NCBI GenBank assembly: GCA_963764165.1
Contig: CAVXRD010000004.1
Coordinates: 464,164 to 528,163 of the forward strand
Length of the DNA: 64,000 nt
Reading direction: 5' to 3'
Source: an uncultured Verrucomicrobiae bacterium
GTDB lineage: Bacteria; Verrucomicrobiota; Verrucomicrobiia; Limisphaerales; Palsa-1400
In this document: piece after piece, positions 25,101 through 35,357 of the stretch
Position numbering within the stretch: the stretch's first letter is position 1
Layout: each line of letters starts with the position of its first letter
The notes under the pieces: generated by a model
What the model was told of the DNA's origin: nothing
Seen by the model: the letters and a program-made list of their open reading frames with translations, nothing else
Databases searched by the model: none
Translations under genes and position numbers: made by a program

Positions 25101-27158
25101 TTCTGGCGGCCGGAGTTGATCACCGACGACCACGGGAAGGCGAGTCTGGAAATTCCACTGGCCGATTCCATCACAACCTGGCGCACGGCGATTGATGGAA
25201 TCAGTTCCACGGGAAAGATGGGCGGCGCGGAATTGCCAATTCCCGTCTTCCAGGATTTCTTTATTGATCTCGACCTGCCCGTCTCCATGTCGCTGGGTGA
25301 CGAGGTCTCAGTCCCTATTAGCTGCTACAACTATTTGAACGAAGCGCAGGACGTTCATTTGACTCTAGCGTCCGCTGACTGGTTTGAATCACCACTGCGA
25401 ACCGCTGCGATCCATCTCGCGCCCAACGAAGTAAAAAGCGCGACTCTGCCAATCAAGGTTGTCCGCGTGGGCAACCGCTCCCTCCGCATTTCAGCTCAGG
25501 GAACCAAAATGTCGGACGCCGTTGAACGCGAAATCCGAGTGCTCCCGGTAGGTGAGAAAACCGAGCGGACACAAAATGAGATTCTGCAAAGCGACTTCAC
25601 CGATACGATGACTATTCCGGAAGGCTCCGTGCCGGATTCGCAGAAATTGATCGCAAAGTTTTATCCATCGCGCTTTAGCGAGATTGTCGAAGGACTGGAT
25701 TCGATTTTCGAAGCGCCTCATGGATGTTTTGAGCAGACCTCTTCCACCACCTATCCAAACGTCCTCGTGCTTGATTACCTCAAGCGCATGGGCCGCTTGA
25801 CGCCGGAGATCGAGATTCGAGCGCGCAAGTTCATTAACACCGGTTACCAGAGGCTCTTGACCTTCGAGGTTCCAGGCGGCGGTTTTGAATGGTTCGGCCA
25901 TACGCCTGCCAATGTGGGACTGACGGCCTACGGCATTTTGGAGTTTACGGATATGAACCACATTCAGCCCGTTGATCAAGCAATGGTAAGTCGAACTCTG
26001 GAATGGCTGCGGGCGCAGCAGAGCGCTGACGGCTCGTGGAAGCAGGCCGACGGCTACGACGATTGGTCGCAACGCAAGCCGCTCACCGCCTATGTGGCAT
26101 GGTCTTTGGCTGAAGCGGGCGACCATTCGCCGACTCTCCAGAAGGCGCTGGATTACTTGCGAACTCACCCCGATGAAATTTCAACAACCTATGCCAAAGC
26201 CCTCGCCGCAAATGCGTTGCTCGGCAACAACCGAAGCGACGCCTTCGGTCGCCAATTGGCGACTCAGTTGCACGACACCGCTTTCAACGACTGCAAACAA
26301 ATGGTTCATTGGAAATCCACCGGGCAAAGTCTTACGCATTCAATTGGAATGGGAATGGAGACGGAGACAACCGCCCTGGCGGCAATGGCGTTGATGAAAG
26401 CAGGCATGTGGCCGCAAACTGTCAAACAGGCGTTAAATTGGATCTCGAAGGCCAAAGACGCAAATGGCACATTTGGATCGACCCAAGCCACGATTCTCGC
26501 CATCCGCGCCCTTTTGACGGGAAGCACCACCTCGCTTGGACAAGATTTTGAATCCGTGATCTCAGTCAAGGTCAACGGACAATCCGTCGAAACATTCCAC
26601 GTTACCAAGGATAATAGCGACGTGATGAAACAGGTTGATTTAACAAAATTCCTTCGCCTCGGCGAAAATAAAATCAGCTTTCATCAAGAGCCGGCTGGCG
26701 AACTGCCGTTCCAATTTGCCGGCTCATATTGGAAGCCGTCTGTTCCGACTATATCGGCCGCGAAGACGAACGCCGATCCCCTGCAAATTGACGTCCAATA
26801 CGATCGCACCGCCCTCTCCATCAACGACCAGCTCAAATGCTCAGTCACAGTCAAGAATAACACGAGCCAGCGCATCAACATGGCTATCGTCGATTTGGGC
26901 ATCCCACCGGGGTTCGAAGTGGACGAAACTTCGTTCGAGCGAATGCGCGAAAAGGATCAAATCGCCAAGTTTGAATTGACTGGAGCACAGGTCATTCTCT
27001 ATTTGCGCGACCTTTCCGAATCGTCTCCATTCAAGTTCGATTACAGTTTGAGGGCCAAATACCCGTTGCGCGTCCAGACACCACCGAGCGCCGTCTATGA
27101 ATACTATCAGCCCAAGAACCGCGCTGAGGCGAAGAGGGTCACATTGGAAGCCCTGTAA
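22158..27158 (+). CDS. alpha-2-macroglobulin family protein with N-terminal anchor and an internal 6-TM insert
   Basis: Repeated MG-domain starts (DKPLYQPGQ, DKPYYLPGQ, DKAVYQAGQ, SKPIYRPGE). A2M domain RRDFPETLFWRPEL...DSITTWR. Thioester motif GCFEQTSS. GGAGG Shine-Dalgarno sequence upstream. Confidence 0.85.
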   Translation: MTSQLQTQSKPSIFKRLGALAAIGLLAVGAYSIYVATHEPDSQETVLLGQTRVAAGSPAGFRIVVRNRITGQTVRGANVEIALASKNSQRTRLGNVHTDASGTFDGSLNIPEVAPGNYQLLVDVTSSLGRDHLVKNIEVENPARVFLSSDKPLYQPGQTIHLRTMLVNPRTEKPLTNETMTFEISDPNGNKVFKETRLPSTFGIAAADFVLASELNPGRYQIRAAAGPATAERAVEVKHYVLPKFKIRVSTDKPYYLPGQIVTGTVEGNYFFGKPVAEADVNLTAATVEDKPVAIAGLKGTTDSNGKYAFRFVLPDFFAGLPEKNAQAFLDLTATLTDTARHSEKSTLSLTVAQSELEIAAIPEAGTFVPGVENVLYVLTSYPDGRPAACKVLLNGTAYATDAAGVCEIKLTPSDTTPPVELTALDSVGRKAKLVFHPDKTLPAAPLLVRADKAVYQAGQAAKITVLSSEGDNTVFIDAIKDGQTVFTKSASLKNHAAECAIDLPASLVGPLQINAYVIAANGEDRGSSRVLFINPASGLNISAKLSKPIYRPGELATVDLSVTDSRGQPAPAALGIAAVDESVFALHENRPGLLQQFLDAESDLLKPRYQIKFFDTPDQILLGTQQRLASAYLASLEQRSAPSGIEAMIHSGDPSAQSLVDQLRRFKGTKEYESLRNDPQFAEAFRFAEGGGGLYTMREATGPVKLQATEAHRRAYFNALGKYGRNAFLAAVFLAPLILLICLSRRKSAVISANASPGALRGAEISVRVYNKLGAATIFPLIWYPGGLALFAGRNDHAAWFLFGVEVVAILLLLCVGFFETRPTAVKDLGRDTTSARIGLIAFFTQFAFSRASFAMIALNPPSSEDMLIMLLLGSVLAPLTVLASYGILLKNQMDSQNITTRTPQVSFAFWASVIVMILVLSSMLLPSLARAKQKAQRISLINTLRQIETEKQIMDSDNAGPENAAQSSPRIRRDFPETLFWRPELITDDHGKASLEIPLADSITTWRTAIDGISSTGKMGGAELPIPVFQDFFIDLDLPVSMSLGDEVSVPISCYNYLNEAQDVHLTLASADWFESPLRTAAIHLAPNEVKSATLPIKVVRVGNRSLRISAQGTKMSDAVEREIRVLPVGEKTERTQNEILQSDFTDTMTIPEGSVPDSQKLIAKFYPSRFSEIVEGLDSIFEAPHGCFEQTSSTTYPNVLVLDYLKRMGRLTPEIEIRARKFINTGYQRLLTFEVPGGGFEWFGHTPANVGLTAYGILEFTDMNHIQPVDQAMVSRTLEWLRAQQSADGSWKQADGYDDWSQRKPLTAYVAWSLAEAGDHSPTLQKALDYLRTHPDEISTTYAKALAANALLGNNRSDAFGRQLATQLHDTAFNDCKQMVHWKSTGQSLTHSIGMGMETETTALAAMALMKAGMWPQTVKQALNWISKAKDANGTFGSTQATILAIRALLTGSTTSLGQDFESVISVKVNGQSVETFHVTKDNSDVMKQVDLTKFLRLGENKISFHQEPAGELPFQFAGSYWKPSVPTISAAKTNADPLQIDVQYDRTALSINDQLKCSVTVKNNTSQRINMAIVDLGIPPGFEVDETSFERMREKDQIAKFELTGAQVILYLRDLSESSPFKFDYSLRAKYPLRVQTPPSAVYEYYQPKNRAEAKRVTLEAL

Positions 27159-27347
27159 TCGCAAATCGACCGAACTCATATGAGAGATATGAGAACCGCC
27201 AAAGAAAATGCTGACGACCTGCCGCAACGCCGACCGGCTGGCGCGGCCTTTCCCCTGAGTGGGCAGATGCATCGCGCCGACGTCTCAATTCCTAGGCGCC
27301 CGACCGGGGGAAATATTGCTTAACGAAAAATTCTGTCCCACACCACC

Positions 27348-29615
27348 TCAACCCTTCTTGCCACGATTGAGCGCTTCCGTGAACCAGTCCGTGGCCGGAG
27401 GTTTGGCCGGTTGAACGCGCGCGGGTGGCCGGCTGGGACCGGGAGAAGTTTTGCCCGCGCCGGTCCCGCCAATAATCGGCGCCGCCTTCATCGAAAGAGC
27501 AATGCGCTTTCTCGGCAAGTCCACTTCAGTGACTGTGACCATGACCTTCTGCTGCACCTTGAGCAATTCCGCCGGGTCTTTTACAAAACGGTCGCTGATT
27601 TGGCTGACGTGGACCAATCCGTCTTGATGAACACCGATATCCACGAAGGCGCCGAAGGCCGTCACGTTGGTCACGATGCCCGGGAGTTTCATGCCGGGTT
27701 TCAAATCCTCGATTTTCTCCACGCCAGCCTGGAAGGCGAATACTTCAAATCGCTGGCGCGGATCGCGGCCCGGTTTGGCCAGCTCGGCCACGATGTCCGT
27801 GAGCGTCGGCAAGCCAACCTCGGTGGTGACATATTTTTGCAGTTGGATTTTCTGCCTCTGAGCCACGTCGCGCATCAGATCATTGACGGTGCAGCCCGTG
27901 TCGCGGGCCATTTGATCGACAATGGAATAACTCTCGGGATGCACGGCGCTAGCATCCAATGGATGGGCGCCGTCGCGAATGCGCAAAAATCCGGCAGCTT
28001 GCTCGAATGCCTTTGGCCCCAACCGCGGCACTTCCTTCAATCCAGCGCGAGACTTGAACGGCCCGTTTTCATTGCGATAGGCAACAATATTTTCCGCCAG
28101 CGCGGGGCCGAGGCCGGAAACATATGCCAGCAACTGTTTGCTGGCGGTGTTGAGTTCCACCCCCACCCCGTTGACACAACTCATCACAACATCGTCCAGC
28201 GTCCGCTTGAGGGCGCATTGATCGACATCGTGTTGATACTGTCCCACGCCAATCGATTTCGGATCGAGCTTGACCAGTTCCGCCAGCGGATCCATCAACC
28301 GCCGGCCGATGGACACCGCGCCGCGCACGGTGAGATCATGATCGGGAAATTCTTCACGCGCGACCTCCGAGGCGGAATAAATGGAAGCCCCGCTCTCATT
28401 GACCATGACCACAGGAATTGTGGAAGGCAGCTTGAGCGCCTTGACAAATGCCTCCGTTTCGCGGCCGGCTGTGCCGTTGCCGATGGCAATGGCTTCAATC
28501 TGATATTTGCGAATCAGCCCGAGCACCGTCTCGGCCGATTCCCGCGCCTCGCCAGCCGAGGCGGCAGTCGGGTAAATTACCTCGTTGTGAAGCAGCTTGC
28601 CTTGGCGGTCCAGGCAGACGACCTTGCAACCAGTGCGGAAGCCGGGATCAATCGCGAGCACACTCTTGCGGCCGAGCGGAGAGGACAACAGCAATTCTCG
28701 GAGGTTTTCCGAAAATACGCGAATTGCCTCTGCGTCAGCCCGCTTTTTGGACTCAATCCGAGTTTCAACCTCAATTGCCGAGCCGAGCAAACGCTTGTAA
28801 CTGTCCTGCACAGCCAAGCGCACCTGTTCCGCGGCGGGACCTTTGCCAGTGACAAAAAGCGGTTCGATCAAGGCAAGGGCGTCTTCCTCTTGTGGATTGA
28901 TCCGCACCAGAAGCATCCCTTCACTTTCGCCGCGGCGGATGGCCAGCATGCGGTGGCTCGGGATTTTGGCGACCGGCTCGGTCCAATCGAAGTAATCCTT
29001 GAACTTCGCCGCCGCCTCCTCCTTTTCGAACATGACTTTCGACTTGACCATCCCCTTGCTCCAGAACAACTCACGCAGCCGGGCCCGCGCCTGCGCGTCG
29101 TCGCTGATTCGCTCTGCGAGAATATCGCGAGCGCCGGCGAGGGCGGCGGCCACATCCGCCACGCCTTTTTCTGCGCCGACATAAGCCTTGGCTTCCACTT
29201 CCGGGTTCACGGTGGATTGCCCTTGGAAAAGCAAGTCGGCCAGTGGCTCCAAACCAAGTTCCTTGGCGATGGTGGCGCGGGTGCGGCGTTTGGGGCGGTA
29301 AGGTTGAAAAATGTCCTCCAACACCGTCAGCGTCTCGGCTCCATTAATCGCGGACTTAAGTTCATCGGTGAGGAGGTTGCGCTCGGCGAGAGATTTAAGA
29401 ATCACTTCCCGGCGCTGGTCCAGTTCCGCCAGATTAAGGAGTCGTTCGCGAACGCTGGTGATGGCCACTTCATCCAGCGATCCGGTCGCTTCCTTGCGAT
29501 AGCGCGCAATGAAAGGAACCGTGGCGCCTTCGGCGAAAAGTTTGGCAGTCGCAGCAACCTGCCTCGGCTGAACTTTTAGTTCACCCGCAATTTTTAGAAT
29601 ATGTGCTTCGTTCAT
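27348..29615 (-). CDS. tex: Tex transcription accessory protein (S1 RNA-binding domain protein)
   Basis: Full-length colinear Tex layout: N-terminal HTH (IAGELKVQPRQVAATAKLFAEGATVPFIARYRKE), YqgF-like region, HhH region, and a C-terminal S1 domain (GMKLPGIVTNVTAFGAFVDIGVHQDGLVHVSQ). Confidence 0.9.
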   Translation of the reverse strand: MNEAHILKIAGELKVQPRQVAATAKLFAEGATVPFIARYRKEATGSLDEVAITSVRERLLNLAELDQRREVILKSLAERNLLTDELKSAINGAETLTVLEDIFQPYRPKRRTRATIAKELGLEPLADLLFQGQSTVNPEVEAKAYVGAEKGVADVAAALAGARDILAERISDDAQARARLRELFWSKGMVKSKVMFEKEEAAAKFKDYFDWTEPVAKIPSHRMLAIRRGESEGMLLVRINPQEEDALALIEPLFVTGKGPAAEQVRLAVQDSYKRLLGSAIEVETRIESKKRADAEAIRVFSENLRELLLSSPLGRKSVLAIDPGFRTGCKVVCLDRQGKLLHNEVIYPTAASAGEARESAETVLGLIRKYQIEAIAIGNGTAGRETEAFVKALKLPSTIPVVMVNESGASIYSASEVAREEFPDHDLTVRGAVSIGRRLMDPLAELVKLDPKSIGVGQYQHDVDQCALKRTLDDVVMSCVNGVGVELNTASKQLLAYVSGLGPALAENIVAYRNENGPFKSRAGLKEVPRLGPKAFEQAAGFLRIRDGAHPLDASAVHPESYSIVDQMARDTGCTVNDLMRDVAQRQKIQLQKYVTTEVGLPTLTDIVAELAKPGRDPRQRFEVFAFQAGVEKIEDLKPGMKLPGIVTNVTAFGAFVDIGVHQDGLVHVSQISDRFVKDPAELLKVQQKVMVTVTEVDLPRKRIALSMKAAPIIGGTGAGKTSPGPSRPPARVQPAKPPATDWFTEALNRGKKG

Positions 29616-29724
29616 CTAAGGAAAGGCCTGCGGTTTAACGCAGCGGGCGGCGAGTGTAAATTGAAAATGAATTGTCGCGGCGATTTTCTCGGCGAATTAT
29701 TGCGGCGCATTCAAACTCAGCAAT

Positions 29725-31335
29725 TTAGCCCGCAGTGAGCGCTGCGCGTTCATCGTTGAGCGCGCCGGTTTTTTCGAGGAAATAATCGTATCCGCCAACG
29801 TAGGGCGTGATCTTGCCGGAGTTGACATGCAGGACTTTGGTCGCCAGATGGCGGATGAAATTCACATCGTGCGAAATGAACACCAAGGTTCCTTCGTAAC
29901 GCTCGAGCGCGAGTGTGAGCGATTCCACTGTTTGAAGATCGAGATGCGTGGTCGGCTCGTCCATCAGCAGGAGGTTGGGTGGATCCACCAGGAATTTGAC
30001 CAAGTTGAGGCGCGTCTTTTCGCCGCCGCTGAGAACTTCCGTCTTCTTGAAAATGTCGTCCTTGCGGAAAAGGAAGGATCCGAGAATGGCTCGTCCTTCT
30101 TCCTCGCGAAGGCTTGGCGCGCTGGCCAAAACTTCATCAAGCACCGTTTTCTCCGGGTCCAGCGTGGCCGCGCGATGCTGGCTGAAGTAGCCGATCTTGG
30201 CATTGTGGCCGAGATCGCATTCTCCCTGCTGGAACTGAACCACTCCGGCGAGAATCTTCAGCAGCGTTGATTTGCCGGCGCCGTTTGGCCCGACAAGCAC
30301 GGTGCGCTCGCCGCGTTCGATGGTTAAATCGAGTCCCTGGTAAACTTTGTGGGCGCCGTAAGCCATGTGAACGCCGCGCAAACTGACCGCCCGTTGCCCG
30401 CCGCGTGGCGGTTGGGGAATTTGGAAGCGGAACGGCTTCTTGGGCGCGACCGGCTTCTCGAGGAGTTCCATGCGCTCAATTTGTTTGAGCTTGCTCATCG
30501 CCTGCGACGCCTTGGAGGTGACGGAGCGGAACCGGTCAGCGAATTCTTGCAGCGCCTGGATTTCCTTCTGCTGGTTTTTGTAGGCGGCCAGTTGCTGCTC
30601 GTAGCGTTCCTCCCGCTGACGGAGGTAATCGGTGTAGTTTCCCGTGTAGGCGATCAGTTTCTTCTCCGAGATTTCATGCACCTCGGTCGCAATCTCGTCC
30701 ATGAACTGGCGATCGTGCGAGATGAGCAGGACGGCGCCGGAATAATTTTTCAAGTATTCCTGAAGCCAGAGGAGCGCGAGAAGGTCGAGGTGATTCGTCG
30801 GTTCGTCAAGAAGCAACAAATCCGGCTCCATCACGAGAAGGCGGGCAAGGCGGGCGCGCATGATCCAGCCACCGCTAAGATCACGCGCAGGGCGATGGAC
30901 ATCCGCATCGCGATAGCCGAGCCCGCGCAGCATTTTCTTCGCCTTGGTCTCCACCTGCGGATCGGCCAAGGCGTCGTGCTTGGCATGGGTCTCAAAATAT
31001 TCGGCGCTGGAAACGTCGCCCGCCGACTCCAATTCGCGCAGCCGCTTTTCGAGGCGGGGCAATTCTTCCACCCGGCCCGTGGCGACATCGAGGACAGTTT
31101 CGTCGCCGAGCGCTTCGGCTTCCTGCGGAAGAAAACCGACGCTCGTCCAGACATCCCGCTCAATCGTGCCCGTATCCGGCTCCTTCTGTTTGAGGATGAT
31201 CGAGAACAAAGTGGACTTCCCCGCGCCGTTGGGCCCGACCAAAGCGACGCGGTCGCCGGCATTGATCTGCAGCGAGGCGTTCTCGAAGAGCACGCGGCCC
31301 CCCAAGGTCATTTTCAAATCACGAATCGTCAGCAT
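29725..31335 (-). CDS. ABC-F family ATPase (two ABC domains, no TM domain)
   Basis: Two Walker A motifs GPNGAGKST, two LSGG signatures (LSGGWIMR, LSGGEKTR), and a linker with QQKEIQALQEF. Start taken at MLTIRDLKMT. Confidence 0.85.
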   Translation of the reverse strand: MLTIRDLKMTLGGRVLFENASLQINAGDRVALVGPNGAGKSTLFSIILKQKEPDTGTIERDVWTSVGFLPQEAEALGDETVLDVATGRVEELPRLEKRLRELESAGDVSSAEYFETHAKHDALADPQVETKAKKMLRGLGYRDADVHRPARDLSGGWIMRARLARLLVMEPDLLLLDEPTNHLDLLALLWLQEYLKNYSGAVLLISHDRQFMDEIATEVHEISEKKLIAYTGNYTDYLRQREERYEQQLAAYKNQQKEIQALQEFADRFRSVTSKASQAMSKLKQIERMELLEKPVAPKKPFRFQIPQPPRGGQRAVSLRGVHMAYGAHKVYQGLDLTIERGERTVLVGPNGAGKSTLLKILAGVVQFQQGECDLGHNAKIGYFSQHRAATLDPEKTVLDEVLASAPSLREEEGRAILGSFLFRKDDIFKKTEVLSGGEKTRLNLVKFLVDPPNLLLMDEPTTHLDLQTVESLTLALERYEGTLVFISHDVNFIRHLATKVLHVNSGKITPYVGGYDYFLEKTGALNDERAALTAG

Positions 31336-31454
31336 GGAAATAAAGTTCGAAGACGGAGAATCAGGTTCTCTGCGACAACGAGGGGTAGAGCTTATCATCA
31401 AAAACCCGCCTGTCCACCTGCCACTTTTCGGAGAGGCAAAGAAGAGTTTAGAAC

Positions 31455-31531
<77 letters not shown>

Positions 31532-31596
31532 ATGATTGCCTTCCTATTATGCGCAAATCCGCGGTCCGGAGCAAGCTGCCGTGCCAAGGTTCAGCT

Positions 31597-32262
31597 TCAG
31601 CGGCCAAGATACTTGAGCACCGCTTCCGTGCGGCTGTGGACGTGGAGCTTCTCATAAATCGTGCGAAGATGGGTGCGCACGGTTTCGAAACTTATTCTCA
31701 GAAGGTCCGCAATTTCCTTGTAGGAATGGCCTTTGGCCAGAGCCGCCAGCACTTCCTGTTCGCGCTCTGTCAAATTAACAACGGCTGACGCGTTGCGCGC
31801 GTCTGCCGGGAGTTCGCGGACGTTCTGGAAATACTGGACGACGCGGCGGGCGATTTGCCGGGACATCGGCGCTCCACCGGCGTCCACTTCGCGGATGGCG
31901 TCCAGCAGCTTATCCTTCGAGGTGCGCTTGAGCAAATATCCCGTCGCGCCAGACATAAGCGATTTGAAAATCTGCTCGCTGTCCTCGTAAACGGTTAGCA
32001 TGAGGACGGGGAGCTTGGGCGTAAGCTCTTTGAGCTGGCGGACGCAATCGGTGCCGAGCATCCCGGGCAGGTTTATGTCCATCAAAACCACATCGGGGCG
32101 ATTGGCTGGAATGCCGCGCAGCGCGGCGAGGCCGTCGGGATATGCGGCCTGGCATTGGAAGCCCGAGGCGCTGTTCAGCATCGCCGTCAAGTTGGCGCGC
32201 AGATTCGGATCGTCTTCCACCAGGGCAACTTGAATCGGTCTGTTCACAGTCCGCTTATTCAT
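31597..32262 (-). CDS. NarL/FixJ-type response regulator (REC + LuxR HTH)
   Basis: VALVEDDP...DVVLMDINLPG receiver motifs. C-terminal LTEREQEVLAALAKGHSYKEIADLL LuxR-type HTH. Confidence 0.85.
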   Translation of the reverse strand: MNKRTVNRPIQVALVEDDPNLRANLTAMLNSASGFQCQAAYPDGLAALRGIPANRPDVVLMDINLPGMLGTDCVRQLKELTPKLPVLMLTVYEDSEQIFKSLMSGATGYLLKRTSKDKLLDAIREVDAGGAPMSRQIARRVVQYFQNVRELPADARNASAVVNLTEREQEVLAALAKGHSYKEIADLLRISFETVRTHLRTIYEKLHVHSRTEAVLKYLGR

Positions 32263-32312
32263 AGCCGTTCATCGCTCCTCCACCAATACCACATTTGAGG
32301 TATCATGACGCA

Positions 32313-35300
32313 TCACAAAATCGAGTTAAGTGGAAAGGTCAGGACGACACGCGTCCCCTTCCCCGGTTCGCTTTCCAAATGCGCTTCTCCGCCGTCCTCT
32401 GCCAGACGCGCCCGCATGTTTTCCAAGCCGTTGCCGAGCCCCTCCGATTTCGCGATGTTGAAACCGCGGCCGTTGTCTTCCACTTCAAGAGTCACGCGCT
32501 GTTCCTGGAGTTTGATGCGCAGCCAAACTTCCGTTCCATGCGAATGCTTAAGAGCATTGTTAAACGCTTCGCGCACGGCCAAGAAGACGTTGTGGCGAAC
32601 GTCCGCGCGCAACGGCACGGCGGGGAAGACGTCGGGCACTTCCTGCCAGCAGCGGATTTCGGTATACTCAAAAAACTCGTCGCTGAAACGGCTGACGTAT
32701 TCGGCGAAACTCACCAGCGTGTCGTTTTTTGGGTTGGTGGCCCAGACGATTTCGTCCAAGGCCTGCACCGCCACTCGTGCCTGGCTGCCAATTCGCTCCA
32801 AACGATTCTTGACAAGGTCTTTGTTCCCGGCTTCGTTCAATCCGAGATCGCTCAATTGCGAAACCTGCGTCAACACGCCGCCGACGTGGTCGTGCATGTC
32901 CTTCGAGATTCGCAGCCGCTCGCGTTCGATCGCGTTGAGCGTTTGCAATCGCAGCAACCGGCTCGCGTAGCGGGCGCGCAGCACCCACAGCAGCAAGCCC
33001 GCCAGCATGATGAACAGCGCCGAAAACACCATGAACCGGAACCACGCCGTTTCCCAATAATACGGCTGCGCGCTCACCGCGAGGACGGCGTCGTCATCAC
33101 TCCAGACGCCGGCGGCGTTGCAAGCCTGGACGTGGAACGTGAATTCCCCGGAAGGCAAGTGCGGATAATAAACCGTCCGGCGCCCCAGCGCTTCCGTCCA
33201 GGCATCGTCCAATCCTTCGAGACGATAGCGGAAGAATATTTTCTCGGGAGCCGAGAATTCCAGCGCGGTGTAGTGCAATTCCAAATCACGCGGCCCGGGC
33301 GGAATTATCAATTGCTTTCGCGTTTTTCCAAAACGGCCGGCCACCGTGAAATTCGTGGAGACTTGGGTTCGCCCATTGACAAGCAGTTCCTCCAACACGG
33401 CTTTCGGCGGCGGCTTTTCGGCGCCCTCATTGTCCTGATTGAGAAAGACCAATCCGTGAACGGTGGAAAAACAGATGAGGCCGGATTTCGTTTTCAATCC
33501 CGCCGGACAGAATCCCCCGGAACATTCGTCGGCAGGCAAGCCGTCGTTGAGGCTGAATTGCCGCGCATGAAAAAACGGGAGCGCTCCGTCAGAGCAGTCA
33601 ATTAAATTCTTCCTGGCAACTTTGTAAATGCCGGAATCGCACCCGAGCCAAAGAAATCCATGATCGTCTTCGACGATTTGTGAGACGGTGCGTGGCAAGA
33701 GGCCCTGCTCCGGCGTGAACGTGGTGGTTTTGCCATTGCGCCAGCAGCTTAGTCCCCCGCCCTCCGTGCCGATCCAAAGCGTCTGGTCCGGATCCAGATG
33801 GAGCGCGCGAACGGAAATGCTGGCCAGGCCATTTGTAATCGCGAAAATGTTCGGGTTTCCCTCGTTTACCCGCTTCACGCCGCTATCGCTGGTGCCCACC
33901 CACAGGCTTCCATCGGGCTGGACGGCAAGGCAGGTCACAGAACCATGCGTGACTCGCCCCGGGAACTCCGTGAAATGCCCGCCCTGCCAATGCACCAGTT
34001 TCCCGCCGGTCGTGCCAAGCCAGAAACCGCCTTTCCAATCATTCTGGAGCGCGATGACAAATACATTCTTGAGCCAGGATTCATTGGTGAAGCAGCCTTC
34101 GAGCTGATTGTTATGCCATTGCAGCAATGACCCATTGCCACCCCACCAGACCGAACCGTCGTCGGTCGCCAGCACCGGACCAACCTCCGCGTAGTAATAA
34201 ATCTGCTCGCCAAATGGCGCTGGGCGAAATTGGCGCATTTCCGAAACATCGCCGGAATACAAGCTGCCGCCCACCGTGCCAACCCACAGTTTGCCGTCCG
34301 ACGTCTGGGCCACCGACCGGGCGAAATCGTTGGTCAATCCTTGCGCGCCTGCCACGACCAGCACATTTCGTTTGCTCAGGCGATTCAATCCGCCGGTTCG
34401 CGTCCCCACCCAGAGATTGCCATCAGTGTCCGGATAAAGGGAACGGATGTCATCGGCGGAAAGATGGTCCGCGCGGCGCAGGCTGGAAAAATGCCCGTTG
34501 TCGAAACGGTACAAACCTTCGTCGAGTGATCCGGCCCACATGGTTCCTGCCGAATCCTCAGCGAAGCAGCTAATGTAAGCGAAAGGCAATCCGTTGGATT
34601 CGTTGTAAACCTGCCATTCGTTGGTCTCGCGGCAGAGAACGGCGCCGTTGCCGATGCTGATCCAGAAGCGGCCCTGCCGATCTTCGTAAAGGCTGCGGCC
34701 CACCAATTTCTCGTGGTCCGGGGGACCGGGGCACCGCTCCAATTGCCCGCCCGTTTCGACCATGAGACCATCGCCAACGCTGGCGATCCACATGCTTTTT
34801 CCATCGCGGCTTCGCAGCAAATCGTGAATGGGCGAGCGAAGCAAATTGGGGAACGTCGGAACTTCCACCGATTTCCCATCGCGGCAAATCAACAAACCGC
34901 CGCGCGTGCCAATCCACATTTGGCCCAAAGAATCCTCTTGCAGGCAATTGATCGAATCGCTGCCCGAAAGATGTTCCGGGTCGGAAATCAGATCGATATG
35001 CCCATCCTGCATCACACACAATCCCGCGCCATCGGTGCCAATCCAGAGCCGCCCCTGTTTATCTTCGCAAAGGCATGAAATATCGACGCTCGAAAGTCCG
35101 CTTTCCAACCCGAGAGTTTTGAAGCGCACGCCGTCGAAGCAAGCCAGCCCATCGCGCGTGCCCAGCCACATATAACCGTCCTTCGTTTGCACGATTGCGG
35201 TGACGGTGTTTTGAGGCAGGCCGGCTTCTGTTCCCCACGAGCGAATAATCGGGGTTTGAGCCGGGCCGGTGGAAATTTCCGCACCGGACAAAAGGCTTGG

Positions 35301-35357
35301 CGGACAGACTAACTTCAAGACCGCGACAAGAACGAGTAATCGAAAAAGCGAACGCAT
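32313..35357 (-). CDS. sensor histidine kinase with periplasmic two-component-regulator-propeller/Y_Y_Y domains and HisKA_3/HATPase_c
   Basis: Signal peptide. Repeated WIGTxxGL propeller motifs. One TM. ERLRISKDMHDHVG H-box. C-terminal ATPase motifs (NALKHS, DNGRGF, GLGNGLENM). Confidence 0.85.
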   Translation of the reverse strand: MRSLFRLLVLVAVLKLVCPPSLLSGAEISTGPAQTPIIRSWGTEAGLPQNTVTAIVQTKDGYMWLGTRDGLACFDGVRFKTLGLESGLSSVDISCLCEDKQGRLWIGTDGAGLCVMQDGHIDLISDPEHLSGSDSINCLQEDSLGQMWIGTRGGLLICRDGKSVEVPTFPNLLRSPIHDLLRSRDGKSMWIASVGDGLMVETGGQLERCPGPPDHEKLVGRSLYEDRQGRFWISIGNGAVLCRETNEWQVYNESNGLPFAYISCFAEDSAGTMWAGSLDEGLYRFDNGHFSSLRRADHLSADDIRSLYPDTDGNLWVGTRTGGLNRLSKRNVLVVAGAQGLTNDFARSVAQTSDGKLWVGTVGGSLYSGDVSEMRQFRPAPFGEQIYYYAEVGPVLATDDGSVWWGGNGSLLQWHNNQLEGCFTNESWLKNVFVIALQNDWKGGFWLGTTGGKLVHWQGGHFTEFPGRVTHGSVTCLAVQPDGSLWVGTSDSGVKRVNEGNPNIFAITNGLASISVRALHLDPDQTLWIGTEGGGLSCWRNGKTTTFTPEQGLLPRTVSQIVEDDHGFLWLGCDSGIYKVARKNLIDCSDGALPFFHARQFSLNDGLPADECSGGFCPAGLKTKSGLICFSTVHGLVFLNQDNEGAEKPPPKAVLEELLVNGRTQVSTNFTVAGRFGKTRKQLIIPPGPRDLELHYTALEFSAPEKIFFRYRLEGLDDAWTEALGRRTVYYPHLPSGEFTFHVQACNAAGVWSDDDAVLAVSAQPYYWETAWFRFMVFSALFIMLAGLLLWVLRARYASRLLRLQTLNAIERERLRISKDMHDHVGGVLTQVSQLSDLGLNEAGNKDLVKNRLERIGSQARVAVQALDEIVWATNPKNDTLVSFAEYVSRFSDEFFEYTEIRCWQEVPDVFPAVPLRADVRHNVFLAVREAFNNALKHSHGTEVWLRIKLQEQRVTLEVEDNGRGFNIAKSEGLGNGLENMRARLAEDGGEAHLESEPGKGTRVVLTFPLNSIL

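Noticed and set aside
27411-29579. 722-aa ORF on the + strand
   Set aside because: It is exactly antisense to the well-supported tex gene. The composition is Arg/Gly/His-rich and of low complexity, typical of shadow ORFs in GC-rich DNA.
32295-33605. 436-aa + strand ORF, with others at 33688-35718
   Set aside because: These are antisense shadows of the histidine kinase gene.
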